From positions 6,448,001 through 6,512,000 of the forward strand of contig NW_026889785.1 of assembly GCF_033153115.1 (NCBI RefSeq): a stretch of 64,000 nt of DNA, given 5' to 3'. Under the pieces are notes generated by a model. The model had not been told where the DNA came from. It was given only the letters and a program-made list of their open reading frames with translations, and did no database searches. This stretch comes from Saccostrea echinata. Taxonomy: Eukaryota. Shown piece by piece: positions 1 to 14,612 of the stretch. A program made the translations under genes and the position numbers. The first letter of the stretch is position 1. The number at the start of each line of letters is the position of its first letter.

Positions 1-898
1 GCTTGATGCTCCATACTGGCTGAATTCATCTTCTCTGCGAAGATGTTGGAAGAATCTCTGAGCCCTGCTGACGCTTAAAAATTTCAAAATAATCATGTCA
101 TAATAAGCAAAGAAATTTTAAGCGATATGAATTTTTCTTGAAACACATTAGAATATGAATGATGAATTAGTGCATGCCTATATAAAGGCAATATGCTACT
201 TGTTATTGGTTTATAACTTCCCTTACTTACGCAGCAATTTACCCTTTTCACCTGCATTCAATGAAGCGCATTAAAGTTCCTCATTAGTCCATGATTTTTT
301 TCAAAAGGATCTCGATGTAATTGACAGGATTACCATGCCTTTGGATGTCATCGCCCTAAAAAGGTATCATTGAACAACTTTAAGTGAATATAGGAATAAG
401 TTGGATTTTTTAAAATATGTTCTTGTATTGTTGACTAAATGCTTACATTGAAGAGTACTTTGACATTTGTTAGCTAATAAAGTCAACTCTATTAAAGGAC
501 TTATAACAGATGAAAATAATCAGAGACTTACCATATGCAAACAAAAATGTATCTTCTTCTTTGCTCCTAGCTGTGGAATTTTTCTCCCTACATATGCCAT
601 GTATTCCCCTAGTTCGATCTCTATGTCAGGCTTTGACAGCTGAACATGTTTTGAAACCTAAAATTTTAATCATGGATAAAATGAGCACATGCATGTATAT
701 GGTATCTAATGTGAAATGCATGGTAAGGCAGAAAATAAAGTTATCGTAAACAATACATTTTTTTCTTTAAGTATAAAATGCAATACATGTATAATATGCA
801 ATTAATTTTTTATTCCTTACCAGTGCTAGTCGTTCTAAAGCCTTGACGTATGTCCTTTTTAGTCCGACAAAAGCCATATTGGGAGGAGCGATCTGAAG
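1..898 (-). pseudogene. Multi-exon remnant of a CACTA/CMC-like transposase C-terminus (continues beyond the window)
   Basis: AG/GT-bounded minus-strand exons (~898-821, ~657-532, ~355-243, ~75-1) splice to ...KKKIHFCLHM-GDDIQRHGNPVNYI..FEKNHGLMR. This resembles the KxHxxxH..I..GP..E.FE motif of CMC transposases. The third exon is frameshifted. Confidence 0.45.
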
Positions 899-1086
899 CT
901 AGTGAACAAAATGCAAAAACAAGGGATTATTTTTGGAGGTAAATTTAAGACTTGTAATTAAATAAAAAAAAAAGGAAGTATTACTAATTGAATTTTTTTT
1001 CAGAAAATTTTGTATGTTGTTTAACGTCCCTCTTGAGAATTTTTCACTTATATGGAGTCGCTTTTTCAGAAAAGAAATTGGTATTA

Positions 1087-1576
1087 CACAGCTAATTGTT
1101 CCACGTACGTGTAACGTATGGTAGCACATACCATATGTTACACATACGTGTATTCCAACCGCACGTTACACGTACGTGGTACAACGTATGGATAACGTGC
1201 GTGTGACAACATACTTATCACATAATGTACGTATGTGTTATGTACGTTTCACGTACGTGTAACATATGGTATGTGCTACCATACGTTACACGTACGTTTA
1301 TAAACGCATGGTTTACATATGTATTGTAAACCATACGTTACACATACGTTAATAAACGCATGGTGTACATATGTATTATAAACCACACATTATATTTCAC
1401 ACACATGGTTTACATTTTTTATTAACAACACGTTACACATACGTTAATATATGCATGGTTTACATGTATTATAAACCACACATTACATGTACGTTAATGA
1501 CAAGTATGAGTATTATCAACTACGTTACATGTACGTTAATAAAATTGTTTTACATATGTGTGAAAAGCTAGCTGTG
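1087..1576. mobile_element. Non-autonomous EnSpm/CACTA-like element with palindromic internal repeats
   Basis: Termini CACAGCTA...TAGCTGTG. The interior is built from direct and inverted copies of CACGTACGT/ACGTTACAC motifs. The TSD is not clean. Confidence 0.5.
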
Positions 1577-3279
1577 TTTCAGAAGGCTGTATATTTTCTA
1601 TACTACATATAATGGTACTTTTACGTACATGTACGATAAATGTAGGTCAACTATAAATTCAATCCTTTTTATTTTTTTAATTTCAATTTCGTTTAATTAA
1701 TTAGTAAAATTATTATTTAATTTTAGTCAGTAAGTGAAAAAAAAATCCCTAAAAGTTTTATTGCTGCTGGGACTATAATATTCTTACGTAAATTGGTAAA
1801 ATTTTCAAACACAGGAACTTCTTTGTACAAAAGTACACCTAAGACCAAATACTTTTTTTTACTTAATAGTTCAAAGTGAATTTGGAGAACTAATCAAGAT
1901 AATGTTTAACAATCAATAACCTGTAATTTATGAATCAGACTGAGAGTATTGCGTCCATCTTGGTCTAAGTATAAAAAACCCTCTTAAAACGGGACATTAG
2001 ATCATAAGTTGCATGGATTTTAATCATTATACTGTAATATATTTTAAAGATTTAACTTTTTTTCAAAAAATAATATCAAATTATGATCTATGATTAAAAC
2101 CCAATCACCTCTGAAAGCTCACAGGCGTGTGCGTTGTTGACTTATTGTGCGTGTTTAATGTTCCAATTTATTTCACATTGTTTACCTTACGTCCACTTGC
2201 ATGTCTGACATGGAGTAATCAGTTCGCATTGGTGTATAGTTTACTCTTAGAGCATTAAAACATTGTCTACTTACATTGATGCAAGTACTCCAATCTTGAA
2301 ATGTGTATATCGGATATCGGTAGAGGCACATAAAATTGAACTCGATCATCGGTAGATATAATCATTCAGAATTCAGGACCAAAAGCTGAATTAAAAAAAA
2401 AAAAACGAAAATCACGATAATTTCACAACAAAACTCAAATGGAATTCACCTAAATAGATATTAGATAATTATACAGTCAATAGCGTCCGTATAACACTAA
2501 AATATGTAAAATATACGTTCCGGAATTTTCACCTCCGATTAATCATTTACATTACGGGTTACGTCACTGGTAAGAATCTGACGTCTGCAAGACAGTGTCT
2601 GAAGTTAGGCTAGGATAAAGGAGAAGAATACATGACATCAACGGTTATTTTTTAATTACTTTATATTTCAGAATGTGTTGCATGTAAACTAATGGGTGTG
2701 TTTCTTTTATTTTAGTGTATAACATAATGTAAACTTAGTTTACCAAATAAAGAAGAAATATTGACGCAGTCAACTGTTTTGGTCAGCACCGCAGCCCAGG
2801 TGTGAATCAACACTGGCACATTATATCAAAATTCAGGTGAGGTTTAAAACATACTGTTTTAAAAAATATTTTTTGTAATTTTTTTAGCCTACCAATAAGA
2901 TGCAAATAAAACCCTTGATGGAAAAAGTTCCACCTATCCAATGTATTTCTTTACAAAACATGTAGAGGAAATATAAATTATCTTTTAGGGCAATTAGGCT
3001 GTAACACTTATTTTTCAGATGTCTTTTTCATACAGTCCTTATGAATATAAATAATGTATTTTGAGATTGTGATTTTTTTTATGTGATTTTTAATGTACAC
3101 TCCAGGATGGTGGCTGAAGCTCTGATATCTCCTATGTAAACACCTAAATGCCAAGTCTGGACTTCAAAAACAGATTCTGAAAGTTTAACCAGCATTATGG
3201 TAATTAACTCTTTCAAAAGAAATAAGATTTTCTGATCACAGGAAGAAATCAGTCCTTTCAGTTGAAACTGAATGACATA

Positions 3280-3690
3280 CTTCAGCAACATTTCAATGAC
3301 ACTTCAGTAACTGAATGGCAGAAACTTTTCAATTTCAGTGACCTTTCAGACAACATTCAACGACCTTTCAGTTAGCTTTTCAGTCAATTTTCAGTTACCT
3401 TTACGTCATCCATCAGTGACCTTTCAGCCGACCTTTTCGCTTTCAACCAACATTCAGTGACCTTTCTGTCAACATTCAGTGACCTTTCAGCCAACATTCA
3501 GTGAACTTCAGCCAACCTTCAGTGACATTTTCGCTAACTTTCAGGCAACATTCAGCGACCTCTTCTTCAACTTTCTGTGACATTTCCGTCATCTTTCAGC
3601 CCACATTTAGTAATCTTTCAATCAACATTCAGCAACTTTTTCATCAATATTAAGTGACCTTTAATGTCTAGCTTCAGTGACCCTTCAGGC
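3280..3690. repeat. Degenerate short-period tandem repeat (TTCAGTGACCT / TTCAGCCAACA), probably transposon subterminal repeats
   Basis: Dozens of TTCAG-containing ~11-bp units are visible. Confidence 0.7.
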
Positions 3691-4504
3691 ATCATAAAAT
3701 GAGGCTTCAGTATGGTTTTATCCCTTAAGTCAATATAATTAGTAAGCTTTAATTGGGTTTCTACTACCATTCAGACAAAACTGCTTTCCTCTTTAGGGGG
3801 TTTCAGTAACATTGCTGCCAATATTCATTTTCTTTATGACTTGTGATTGTCTACCAACACAATTAAGTTTCCATGCTAAGACCTTTCTAAAAGAATGTTC
3901 ATAGTTTGTATCTGTTAAAAAAACTTACTTTCTAGGTCAACATTCACTTTCTGCTCAGAAACCTGCCTAATGTCATGTTTCTATTTTTGAATGTTTTGAT
4001 ACTTTTGATTTATAGCTTATATTAGACATTGATTTAAATAAGCATGTACATCTATCAAAGTTTTTTAAATTCCACTGGAATAATAAATGAAGGAAAACAT
4101 TTACACATTTACAACATTTTATTATAATATTTAAACACCTGGTATATGTTTGCATAATTTTACAGAAATATCAAACTGCCAAATCAAACATTAACACAGC
4201 AAATATGTTGTAGTTCTACATGCAGAAATACATTAGCTCATGATAAATTCAGGTTTGCATTTTCTTTATTTTTTCTTTAATATGACCAGTACTGATATGA
4301 ATAAAACAAATTTATGACAAAAATTGGAAATCTAACACAGATTAAAACTAAATTAAAACAAAGATAATACTAAATCTACATCATGATTTCAAAAAATCAA
4401 GTATAAACATAATGGTTACAATGAACGTGAATAATGAAGAAATCTTGACTATTCTTCAAAAATGATATTTAAAAAAAAGAGCTCCAAACAATATAAATAA
4501 AGAT

Positions 4505-4845
4505 AGAAGCACTACAAGGTAGAACATCAACTCACTTCAACAATCATTAACTTATGATTTATGAAAAAAATGGAAGTCTATAATCATTTTGACAAAAAAA
4601 AAATTGAAGTAGTTCTGCGACAAGGTAGAACATCAAATGAACTTATTCTACTCCAATGGAACAAGCTTACATGAAAAAAAGTAAGTCAGTATTATGATAA
4701 AAAATTTGGATTAGCTCTACGACAAGGTGAAACATCAAGCGAACTTGATTCTACTCCAATAGATCTTGCTTTCATGTAAAATTAAAAAAAAGTAAAAGCA
4801 ACCTAAAGTGATTAAACATCAATTGAACTTCATTCTACTCCAATA
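4505..4845. repeat. Four degenerate ~100-bp tandem units
   Basis: The core ACAAGGTAGAACATCAA..GAACTT..TTCTACTCCAAT recurs near 4510, 4615, 4717 and 4813. Confidence 0.6.
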
Positions 4846-4849
4846 ACTT

Positions 4850-7420
4850 AGAATGTGGCTGGTATTTGCAGGATGAGCAGAGATAGTACTAATGATCTAT
4901 GCCACTAAGGACTCTCCTTGGAATAGGACAAAAACACACAAGATCCTTTCCCACACCTGTAATTCCCTTCGAGAATCTACCATGAATCTTCTGAATGGAA
5001 AGAAAATAGTTATCATCTACTGACAACTAGGGATTCAAATTTGTTGCTGTACCACATTTGAAGTGCATTTCCGTACTTGTATCTTTTTGAATATTCTTTA
5101 TACCATGAAACTTTTGCAAAAATATTTGTGATATGCTTTCTATCAATAAATGCTGTGTGACAGAAATAAAAATCTACCCTACATGGACGTAGATCGAAAG
5201 GAGAGCACTCAAAGTTGTTTTGTTCAGTTGTCCAATTAACTAAATTATCTGATGACCTCAATTTTCTGTTCATTTGTTTTGGTCCAAAATTTTCACCTAA
5301 TATTGTAATAAATCCATCTTCTTAAATTACTTCACCCATATTATCAATACTGCATGGGGAAACATTTTTCCGTATGAAGACAAGAAATATACAATGTCTT
5401 CTTTGTCAAGTGCAGACAGTTTGTAAACCTTAGGTAAGGAAATGAAAGACACCAAGTCTTCATCAAAAAGGAAATCAGACCCAATTTCAGATGTTTTCAA
5501 AAACCTTACAATATCTGTTATCTTTAACTTTTCCAACAAAGAATCACTGAAATTGAAAAATACTTCAGAAAAGTCAACGTCGGTAGCTGACAGCATGACA
5601 TCTTTAAAGGAATCACAGAACTCTGAAGTAATAATTTTTCTCATGAATTGAATTCTATTGCCTTATTGTTTGTATGAAAGTGCCCAAAAGCCCCATTAAA
5701 TCTCTCAAAAGAAAAAGATCAAAAAACATGTATAGGACCAAAATCAAGTAAACAATCTTTTAAATGATTATGTAGATGCATGTAACAAGTAACTTCCTTT
5801 AAAGGGTAAATCTTTTGAAAAGTTTTGCAAAATCAAGTAACAATAGATCAGCTTTCTGAATATCGGTGCGAGTTAGAAATGGTTTGCAAAGAAGAGAAGA
5901 CGACATGCTAATACAAATTTCTACCAACATTTGTAATCTTTCTCTGGTAGTATACCACATAAAGCATATAGTGAAAATGTTGTTGTCCAGTTTTTCCATT
6001 CTGCGGCTGAAAATACACAATAATTTCCAGAAATGTGTGTAGGAGTTCTTCCTATGTCAGTTAAAGAATTTAGAGATTCTAGTCTTTCTTCTATAGTGTC
6101 CAAGTTTGACGAAGACAATTTGCCACTTTCAACCCAAAGTTTGAACATTTTTTTGCCATTTCAAGAAAGAGATTATGCATTGGGTCAATGACGCAAAATT
6201 GTATTGCATCAAAATATTCTATATAACTCTGCCTGTCTGCCTGTGTCTTACTTGTTGCGTTTTTACCCTTTTACAATTAATAATGGGTATGTTTTGTCCT
6301 AGCTTTTCAATTCTGCCTATCAAAGCCTGAATGATCTCCTTTTCCCCAAAGTCACCAGGAAAGATTTTAAGACACTAGTGACATCCTAAACGAGCAACGC
6401 TTGCGAGCAGCTGGTATGTCACAAGACACACAGAGCAGAGCTGATCGAAAAATAGATGAAGAATTAAACAAACTTGAGTCTTACCTGACTCCTTTCCAAA
6501 GCATTTGCAATTCATTTACAATAGGTTCTAAAATACTATTAATACTATGTGGCTCTTGTTTGAAAGCAGGTATTAATCCAGCAATAATTACATTTTCAGA
6601 CATATCTAATGCTCCTGGGTAAATTAACCAAAACAAAATATATTAACCCTACCGAGTAATCATTCCTATGGCTGGAACCAGTCTATGTTCATTGTAAGGG
6701 CAATACTCTGTTTGGAAGAAAGGGTTCCCTATTGAAAGACAAAAAATTTTTTCCATACCCTTCCATCATAAACATCTCTTAAAATTGTTGAATCTGAATC
6801 CCAGTCTTGCCAGTGTTGCCAAAATTGCCCAATTTCTTTCCGTTTCAAAATATTTTCAATCCCATTAATAACCCTGTTCTAACAAAATACTTTCAATGGA
6901 TAAAATTTTCTGATGTTACCCTTGCAAATAACCTGTTTAACTAATGGTGAATTACATTTTACATATCTCCCTCTTACTTTACTTTCAGCTGAGCATTGTT
7001 TTCCATATCTTATCCCATCTTTCTCATAAATACAGTCCAAAAAATCATACAAACAAAAACATGAGGGACAAACAACAGACCGTGTAAATTCATCTCTATC
7101 TAGCTTCAATATTTTTCTGGCTAAATATAAACTTGGAGGAAATCCATTACAAAATTCTGTTAGCACTTGATTAATGTCTGCACTAAGCACTTGAAAAATT
7201 CTGAACAAAAATCGTAAAAGATACTCAACACCATTATCACTGATGTGGTGTATCACTTGAATATACAGAATGACATACAGTACACAGAAAAGCAAACTGT
7301 TGACTTTCTTCATGAGGGATGGATGAAGTTCATTGCCCAGAAGGTTGGCTGGTATGTCCCAGTGCTCTGGTTCATCTTCATTCTCTTCTTCACTATTCTC
7401 CATGTCTGACTGTAATCTTA
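4850..7420 (-). pseudogene. Degraded EnSpm/CACTA (Tnp2/Transposase_21-like) transposase
   Basis: Fragmented frames carry SLYLARKIL..VVCPSCFCLY, IDPMHNL, AAEWKNW..FSLYAL and HLHNHL..DFGP..FSFERFNG motifs, with many stops and frameshifts. Confidence 0.75.
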
Positions 7421-7582
7421 TATACAATATTTTAAGACACAAATATTACACTGCAAAAATTGCCAGGGTTTAAGAATATGGGAACAATCTGAAATGGTAC
7501 TCTTAGCCAAATAAAAGTGGAAATGCATCACTGGAGTACATGATTTTCTATCGGGAAATTCAAAGGATATATTTTATGAAAT

Positions 7583-8041
7583 ACAAGACGTGTTTATGAA
7601 ACACAGATACCCCCGTATGGCACCTTATAGCAAAGGTCAAACTTTCTCAAATGCAAATCAAATATGTTAACACCCAAAGTAAGGTCCTGTCTCGAGGAAT
7701 AGACCTGTGAAATACGAAAGGCCTAGCAGCAACCACTGAATAGATATGGAAAAGGTTAAAGTTTTTTTTCAAAAGTATGTCAAACATCAAGGTCATATGG
7801 TCAAAATTAATGGTGCCAAAGGAGAGGCCTTCTCCTAAGATATACAGAGGTGAAATATGAAGCCGAAGCACCAATCGTTCGAAAGTTATGGCCAAGGTTA
7901 AAGTTTTCCAAATGTAGGTCAAACTCCAAGGTCAAAGTTATTGGTATCCAAAGGAAGATCTTGTCACAAGGATTACACATGTGAAATATGAAAACCCTAG
8001 CACCAACTTTTCAAAAATTATCGCAAAGGTTAAAGTTTTCC

Positions 8042-8072
<31 letters not shown>

Positions 8073-8130
8073 AAGTTGGTGGTATCCAAAGGAAGGTCTT
8101 GTCACATGGATTACACATGTTAAGTATGAA
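7583..8130 (-). mobile_element. Helentron/HINE-like non-autonomous element fragment with tandem GGTCAAACTCCAAGGTCAA repeats
   Basis: Imperfect tandem units of ~130-140 bp; terminal motif ACAAGACGTGTTTATGAAACAC. Confidence 0.5.
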
Positions 8131-8336
8131 ATAGGAGGTGCACAATGGCACAACAAAATGAGAAAAAAGTAAAATAATGCCATTGTTCATGAGTGCATAA
8201 ATAGAATAAAACTGAGTGAGTTTTCAAGTGTTACGTAATTACTCAATTATTTTACAATCCTCAACCTCCCCTTCTAATTCAACAGCAGTTAAACTGGAGA
8301 GCAAATCTTTATTTTTTAACCAAAAAAAATATAATC

Positions 8337-8753
8337 AAACCAGTAATACTCCCGCTATGATGTGAATATTTCCTGTCAGGTGAATATACAAAGTTAGGAA
8401 AAAGGAGAGACGCACATACAGGAATTTGATATAGTATTCACACAAAAATGAATCCCATCTTATGCCATGCTAAACAAAAAATGTGCTACAATTTCAAGCA
8501 TCTGCCTTGAGTAGTTACTGAGAAAACTGCAACAAAAATTTGTTACGGACAGACGCACAGATAAACGGGAGGTTGACATTGGATTTGTACAAAAATGAAT
8601 TCCACCATATGGTATGCCTAAACAAAAAGTGTGCTTAAGATTCAAGCATCTACAATAGGTAGTTGCTGAGAAAAATGCAACGAAAATTTGTTACGGACAG
8701 ACACACAAGAATAAAACAGTATACTCCCCTCTTCTGCGGAGCGGGGGTATAAT
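8337..8753 (-). mobile_element. Pearl/CvA-like non-autonomous element (HINE type)
   Basis: GGACAGAC microsatellite seed and terminal CCCCTCTTCTGCGGAGCGGGGGTATAA. The same family occurs in opposite orientation at 19738-20380. Confidence 0.5.
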
Positions 8754-9914
8754 TATATATATCCTTTTAATTCAGACAATCAACCTTGCACATTGTAAAG
8801 ATAATAATCCTATTCCCTGAATTGAAAGAACTACTTAAAAAAATCACATCAAAAAGTAACAAACCAGGACGATAAAACTAAAACAATAAACCTTGTGCCA
8901 TTTGAAAATTCTGGTTTTTCCACATTCCACTCCTCTTCTAGAATGCTGGATTGCATTATGCCATAGTCTTTAAGGGTAACAAACTTATCCAATGATTTTA
9001 TGATGAATTGTTCATTAATGCCAGCAATACTTATCTTAAAATGAGCAGTGGAATTCTCTTGGGATCCAACAAAATTTATCAAAACCTAAAGAAGTAATAA
9101 TATAAAAACATGCAATGATATGGCAAATAAGAGTACTTTTTGGGTCAATAACTGAAATGATTTTCTTTGTGCTAATTAGGCCAATTAAATTATATGTACA
9201 GTTTAACATGCATAATTTAGCAAACACCTTTATAATAAATTAATGATTACAGAGAAGTATGAACATAACAGATAAATATAGGATATCCCATAATTTGTAG
9301 TTGGATATGATTTTCATCCAACAAGTTGTGTGTTTTTTTTATCCCCGAGCCTTGGCGAGGAGATAAAAACACACGAGTAGAGTCTCATTATCTCATGTTT
9401 TATACATCACTATCAATGTTTACCCTTCATCACGCTATGGCAAAACCTATTGTGACGTCACTACTGTGGGATATCAAACAAATGTCCAATGAGTCATATG
9501 AACGGGATAAAGCGGATAAAACGAAATACGTTTACAATAAAGCCAAGTGTTTAAATGTTTACCTATGCACATTCATGACATTCATACATTTATTTAAATG
9601 CTTTGTTAATTGTAGAGTGACAGAATCCATAGAATTAGAGGCTTATGCACAGTCATCAGAAATTCCATCATATTTGCCGGAAAAAGTTTTAAAGTAAATG
9701 TTCCAACTGATATTATTACTTTCAATACTTAAAGAAAACAATTTAAATTAAATATCACGTTTTGAATGCTTGAATTAAATGTTACATGTATTAATTAACA
9801 TTTCAATGAATGCTTCACATAAGGTACTAGTACTAGTATACAGTGTAAATCGGACTTCCGACTCACATACAGTTGATATATATATATATTTTTTTTTCGG
9901 AACACATTCCTCTG

Positions 9915-10115
9915 ATCTTGGGGGAAATCCTAAACGAATTCCAGTCCATCTACATGAGGGGACGACCTCTGGAATATATCCAAAGAGTCCATGATCATTG
10001 AAGGAGAAACCAGCTCAATTTCCGTGAGTTGGTGCGATATATTCCAGGATGCAATTGATGAATTGGAGCATATTGAAAACTTCAGATATCCTCTGGAGGT
10101 GAACTTCCATGGGAA
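9915..10115 (+). pseudogene. Fragment resembling the N-terminal part of a HECT-like (G2E3-like) domain
   Basis: Frameshifted translation GRPLE..EGETSSISVS..DIFQDAIDELEHIENFRYPLEVNFHG resembles the region preceding the HECT GE.A.D.GGP motif; truncated there. Confidence 0.3.
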
Positions 10116-10466
10116 GCTTTTTGAGGTATGAGAAGTGCCAATCCAAAAGCAAGAACTTTAAGTCGGAGGTAGTACGGATCAATGAAGTTAACTGCGTGTG
10201 GTGACTTGATTGTCAAAACGAGAGAAAGGGAAAAGCTATAGGATCGAACACTTGTCAACAAGCCTCTTCTAAAGTATGAAAGCAATCACGTCTACCAAGA
10301 CCATCCTAGTGTAGTTATTGATAACATAGTAAATTGCGTGCAACTATCTGCTGAGACAGGAAGTGTGTTTAGTCATGTATTTACTTCTGTCAACTTTTGT
10401 CAACTTCTGTCAACTACTGAAAAGTAGGTAACTGTGTCCTATTTGTGAAATTTTATGGCATTATTT

Positions 10467-11366
10467 TAGGGATGTCAAAATATTTATTTTCCTTAGTCGA
10501 TTATTCAGTTTCATTATTCGAACGATAGTCGAATATTCGGAACATTTTCTGAAAATAAAATTTTATTTTAAAGTTCACGTGTACATGTCGTATTTGTAAC
10601 TTAAAAACCCTTTTACATAAATCTATTTAAAAGGTAACCTCAAAATTAATGCAACGTAACGTGTGGATAGCATGATTATATGAAATAAATTTAGACACCT
10701 AATTCTGCAAAATGTATAATTTCCCCATCAATCGAATTCATAGATCGGTCTAAACAGTCAATTTATGTTTTAGTAAGCATTATTTAAAAATTGGCAGCAG
10801 CCGATATGTTAAAAAACTTTTATTAGCTTATTATGAAATAAATAAAAATCAGGTTCTCGTGATATTGTTAAACAGTTAGATACTAGCTTATTCAATTGAT
10901 TGCCCCGGCTATCAAAATGTTCTTAAAGTGTAAGCGGATTGTTTTAATAATTATAGAAGTGTCAAAACTTGGATTTGAGCAATCCTAAAATAACAAAATA
11001 TAATTGGTACAGGGTATAAGATCTAGCCCAATTAATAGTTTTCCAAACAAAGTCCAGTAATTTGATGGGTAATTTATTACAAAAACAACACAAGCAGTAT
11101 CTGACGTATAATTCCCGCGGTAGTAAAGCACTTACAATTACTGTACCCTCTATAAGTACATGGAAAGTCAATCGTTTTTTGTTGAGGAAAATTTTCGACT
11201 GTCTCTGAGGAAAGACGGTTTCTCAATTTTAAGATGAGAATTCCATCTCGTTATATCACTCTTTTGTTGCATTTTTAAAATAATATTATTCGAATGTTGT
11301 TTCATTATTCGATCGTCGGTCCATTCGACTGATAGTCGAATAGTCGACTATTCGTTGACATCCCTA
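10467..11366. mobile_element. hAT-type non-autonomous element (MITE), 900 bp
   Basis: TIR TAGGGATGTCAA...TTGACATCCCTA. Perfect 8-bp TSD CATTATTT at 10459-10466 and 11367-11374. Subterminal TAGTCGA/TATTCG repeats. Confidence 0.85.
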
Positions 11367-11572
11367 CATTATTTACATAAATCAGGTTCTATTTGGCTTA
11401 GAATCATCAAATCAGGTTCTATTTGTTAGAATCATCAAATTTGTCAGTTGATGCATCTTTAGTCTTTGGAGTTTGTCGACTTAAAAAATTCTTAGGTCAT
11501 TCTGACCTACTTTTGGAATTTTATGGCTATAGTTAAATATTTTTCGGGTATTAGGTAGGTCACTGTGACCTG

Positions 11573-11574
<2 letters not shown>

Positions 11575-11644
<70 letters not shown>
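11575..11644. repeat. (AT)n microsatellite
   Basis: Pure AT dinucleotide run of about 70 bp. Confidence 0.95.
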
Positions 11645-11647
<3 letters not shown>

Positions 11648-11669
11648 TACTCATTGGCATAGAATCATC

Positions 11670-12701
11670 CGCAGCACAGTTAAGGCTGCAGTAAGGAGGC
11701 GGGGCCTAATTTTTACGTGAAATGCTTACTATGACATCACACAAAAATATAAGTTCCTCAAATTACCACAAAGTGAAATGATTTGCTATTTTAAACTATT
11801 AAATAGCTTTAAACTACATCAATACTAACTAGTGCATGCATTATTGTCGTTGGTTAAATTCCACACAGCAATATATAAACATTTCACTGATCGCAATGCA
11901 CTTGTCAATGTGACGTCATATCGTAAAATTTGACGCAGTTTGTATGCAGTGAGAGGCGGATCAAGTTATATTTTATACAATGAAAAATGTACTTGGTAAT
12001 TAAATAAAATATAAATTGTAGATATATAAGAGGCTATTAACTTGGATGCAATGTCTATTTTATGATTTTATTCACATACTCCCCGTACATTCCCTAGACA
12101 AGCGTTACTGTCGTATATTTGTATTCAGATTCATTGAAGGGTAATAGAATGGTCGTAATAAATCGATATATTGCAAGGGCATACCCTCAATGAATTATGA
12201 CAAGCTTTTACACATAAACTCAAGAAGTATGAAGATATTTGAAAAGTGCTGCGAACCTGTTGAAATCTTGCAGATGAATTAATTATATCTATATTTAATG
12301 TACTTGACCAGCAAAATATTCAACATACGGCCTAACAAATGTAATTTTAGCAATTAGATAGTAGAATCTATATAGGTTCGCAGCACTTTTCACAAACTAC
12401 AAAGAGTGTTGAAAATAATTATATGTTAAACTTAGATTTTTAACTTGGTTATGCCCTTGCAATATTAGAATTTATAGATGACCTCAATACTTCAGGTATA
12501 TTTGCTAAAATCACGTGACTGCCACATCACGTGACAAGTCTAAATAAGAAATCTAAACGTCCTCAACATGTAGTTTTCAACCACATTGCATTTGTCTGAT
12601 AATAGTAAAGTCCTAAAAAGAAACGCCCATCCTTGTAAAGAATATATTTTCTATCTAAAAAATTCGTCGATATTTCCATTTGGCACCTTAACTGTGCTGC
12701 G
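11670..12701 (+). mobile_element. Non-autonomous DNA transposon with 2-bp TSD (EnSpm-like), copy 1
   Basis: 16-bp TIR CGCAGCACAGTTAAGG...CCTTAACTGTGCTGCG. TSD TC; removing the element restores the host repeat AGAATCATCAAAC. Second copy inverted at 54599-56961. Confidence 0.85.
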
Positions 12702-14612
12702 TCAAACTTTGTCAGTTGATGCATCTTTGGTCCTCAAAGTATGTCAACTGAAAAGTTGGTCAACATGACCTACTTTTGAAATTTTATGTTTTTTTTTTTA
12801 ATATTTCAGGTACTTTTTGGCTTAGAATGATCAAACTTGGTTGATGCATCTAGGGTCCTCAGAGAATGACAAGTGATAAGTAGATCACCATGACCTCTCA
12901 GGTACTAATTGGATAGAATCATCTTGGGTTCTCAGAGTATTTTATCTACAATGTAGGTCATGATGACCTACCTTTGGAATTTCAAGGCTTTATCTAAATA
13001 TACAGGATACGTAGAGGCTTTAAGTAGAAATGATAGGTATTAAGAGTTTATCAGAAGAGCGATTCAAGGCCCTTGGGCCTCTTGTATTTCCTGTTTTTTT
13101 TAAGTAGATTTTATTTAGAGTTGTAAATATGATTAGTTTTTTGTTACAAGAAAAGAGCATAACAGTAGAAATGTATACAAGAAAAACGTATTCACGAAAG
13201 CGTCAAATTCTATGGTGGTGAAACCATTTCAAGACAATGCAGTGCACACTCACATTTTCCAAATGTAAAGTAAAAATATATTTAATTTTCATTAATAGAA
13301 TAGTCTTCCCTGTTTTTTAAATTCCAATCTCTCTTTAATTAATTTTTATTTTCATCAAGCCTTTTATCCATATTTTAACATGTAAACCAAAAACCTGCAG
13401 AAAAGACAAGTAACACATACTATAATACCAGGGAAAACCTAATACAAATTTCCATACCCACTAGATACATAAAGAGAATTATACAGACACCTTCTATTAT
13501 TATACAGACACCTTCTATCACAACGTAGTCATAACGAAGTTCTTTAGACACACTTAATCCAGATGAAATATTACAAGCTAAATGAATGTGTTTTAATCTA
13601 GCACAAGTGAATATATTTCAAAACTGGAGTCCAAATCGGTTACAGTTCCTCACATTGGCACATGCCATCTATTGGAATTGCAAAGTTTTAGTCTCTTCAA
13701 TTGTTGTCAGGAACAAATCCTTATTGTCTATCTACAATGTTTACTAAATCCTTGAATTAATAAAAGTCATATTCCATTTTATTGCAGCCAGGGCTCTTTC
13801 AATGGGTAGGGTGGAATGGAAACTTGTCCTTTGCTTCTGAAATCACGGCAAAATGTTTGAAATCTGTCAAGGAAATAAGATGGAATAATTCCACTTGAAG
13901 ATAAAATTTTTGCCATTTTGGATGGAACAGAGGTCATCGTCTCTTTTGCAGACTTGTACCCACAAAAGTCCAATTGTACCCATATTGTTCTGCATCGTAT
14001 CTGGTTGTTTTATTACATTAAATTTTCTTCTTTGTCAGAGTGATTTTAAGCTTTTCACTTCTAGAGAGAAAAAGACTCTGCGATTCAGACTTACATATGG
14101 TTTCATTTAACTTCCTCATGAGGTCTCTTTCCTTGGAGGAAATGTCGGGACCTGCCGAATTGAATTTTCCCAGATTTGAAAAGCAACACAAACTTCCGAA
14201 ATTTTGTCCATGCTTTTTGCCCCTGGACCCGAAAAGGTTTGAAAATAATTATAACAAAAGTTCCCATAATTCACTTAAGTAATTCTGTCTCTCAACGGAA
14301 TCCATGTAGAGTTCATAATTGAAATTTCAGGGTTGATTTCTAAAAAACGCAATTAAATATATGCGATTTGACAAACCATAAATGTACTGAATACAACATA
14401 AATTACCATCATTACGATTTATTTGATTTATTGTGCATATGAAACAGGTAATAAACTCTACCTTGTAATTGAATGAATGCCCAGGCCATGTTTAAAAAAA
14501 AATGTTGTTTGCCATCTCCCGAACGACTGGTTAAAATGGCCCATCTCGAATATCTTCAAATGAATCCAAGGCCCAATCTACCCTGTCAACATGAACATCT
14601 CTGGATGACATT

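Larger units (their letters stand above)
10400..13086 (+). mobile_element. HINE-like element with tandem repeats hosting two nested MITEs and a (TA)n tract
   Basis: Repeated AGAATCATCAAA(C/T)TTTGTCAGTTGATGCATC and GTAGGTCA.TGTGACCTA units. Ends in the hairpin AGGCCCTTGGGCCTCTTGT. The 5' boundary is approximate. Confidence 0.55.

Noticed and set aside
2500-2840. Possible small host exons (also ~15530-15690)
   Set aside because: Splice-like signals are present but I could not assemble a coherent or recognisable reading frame.
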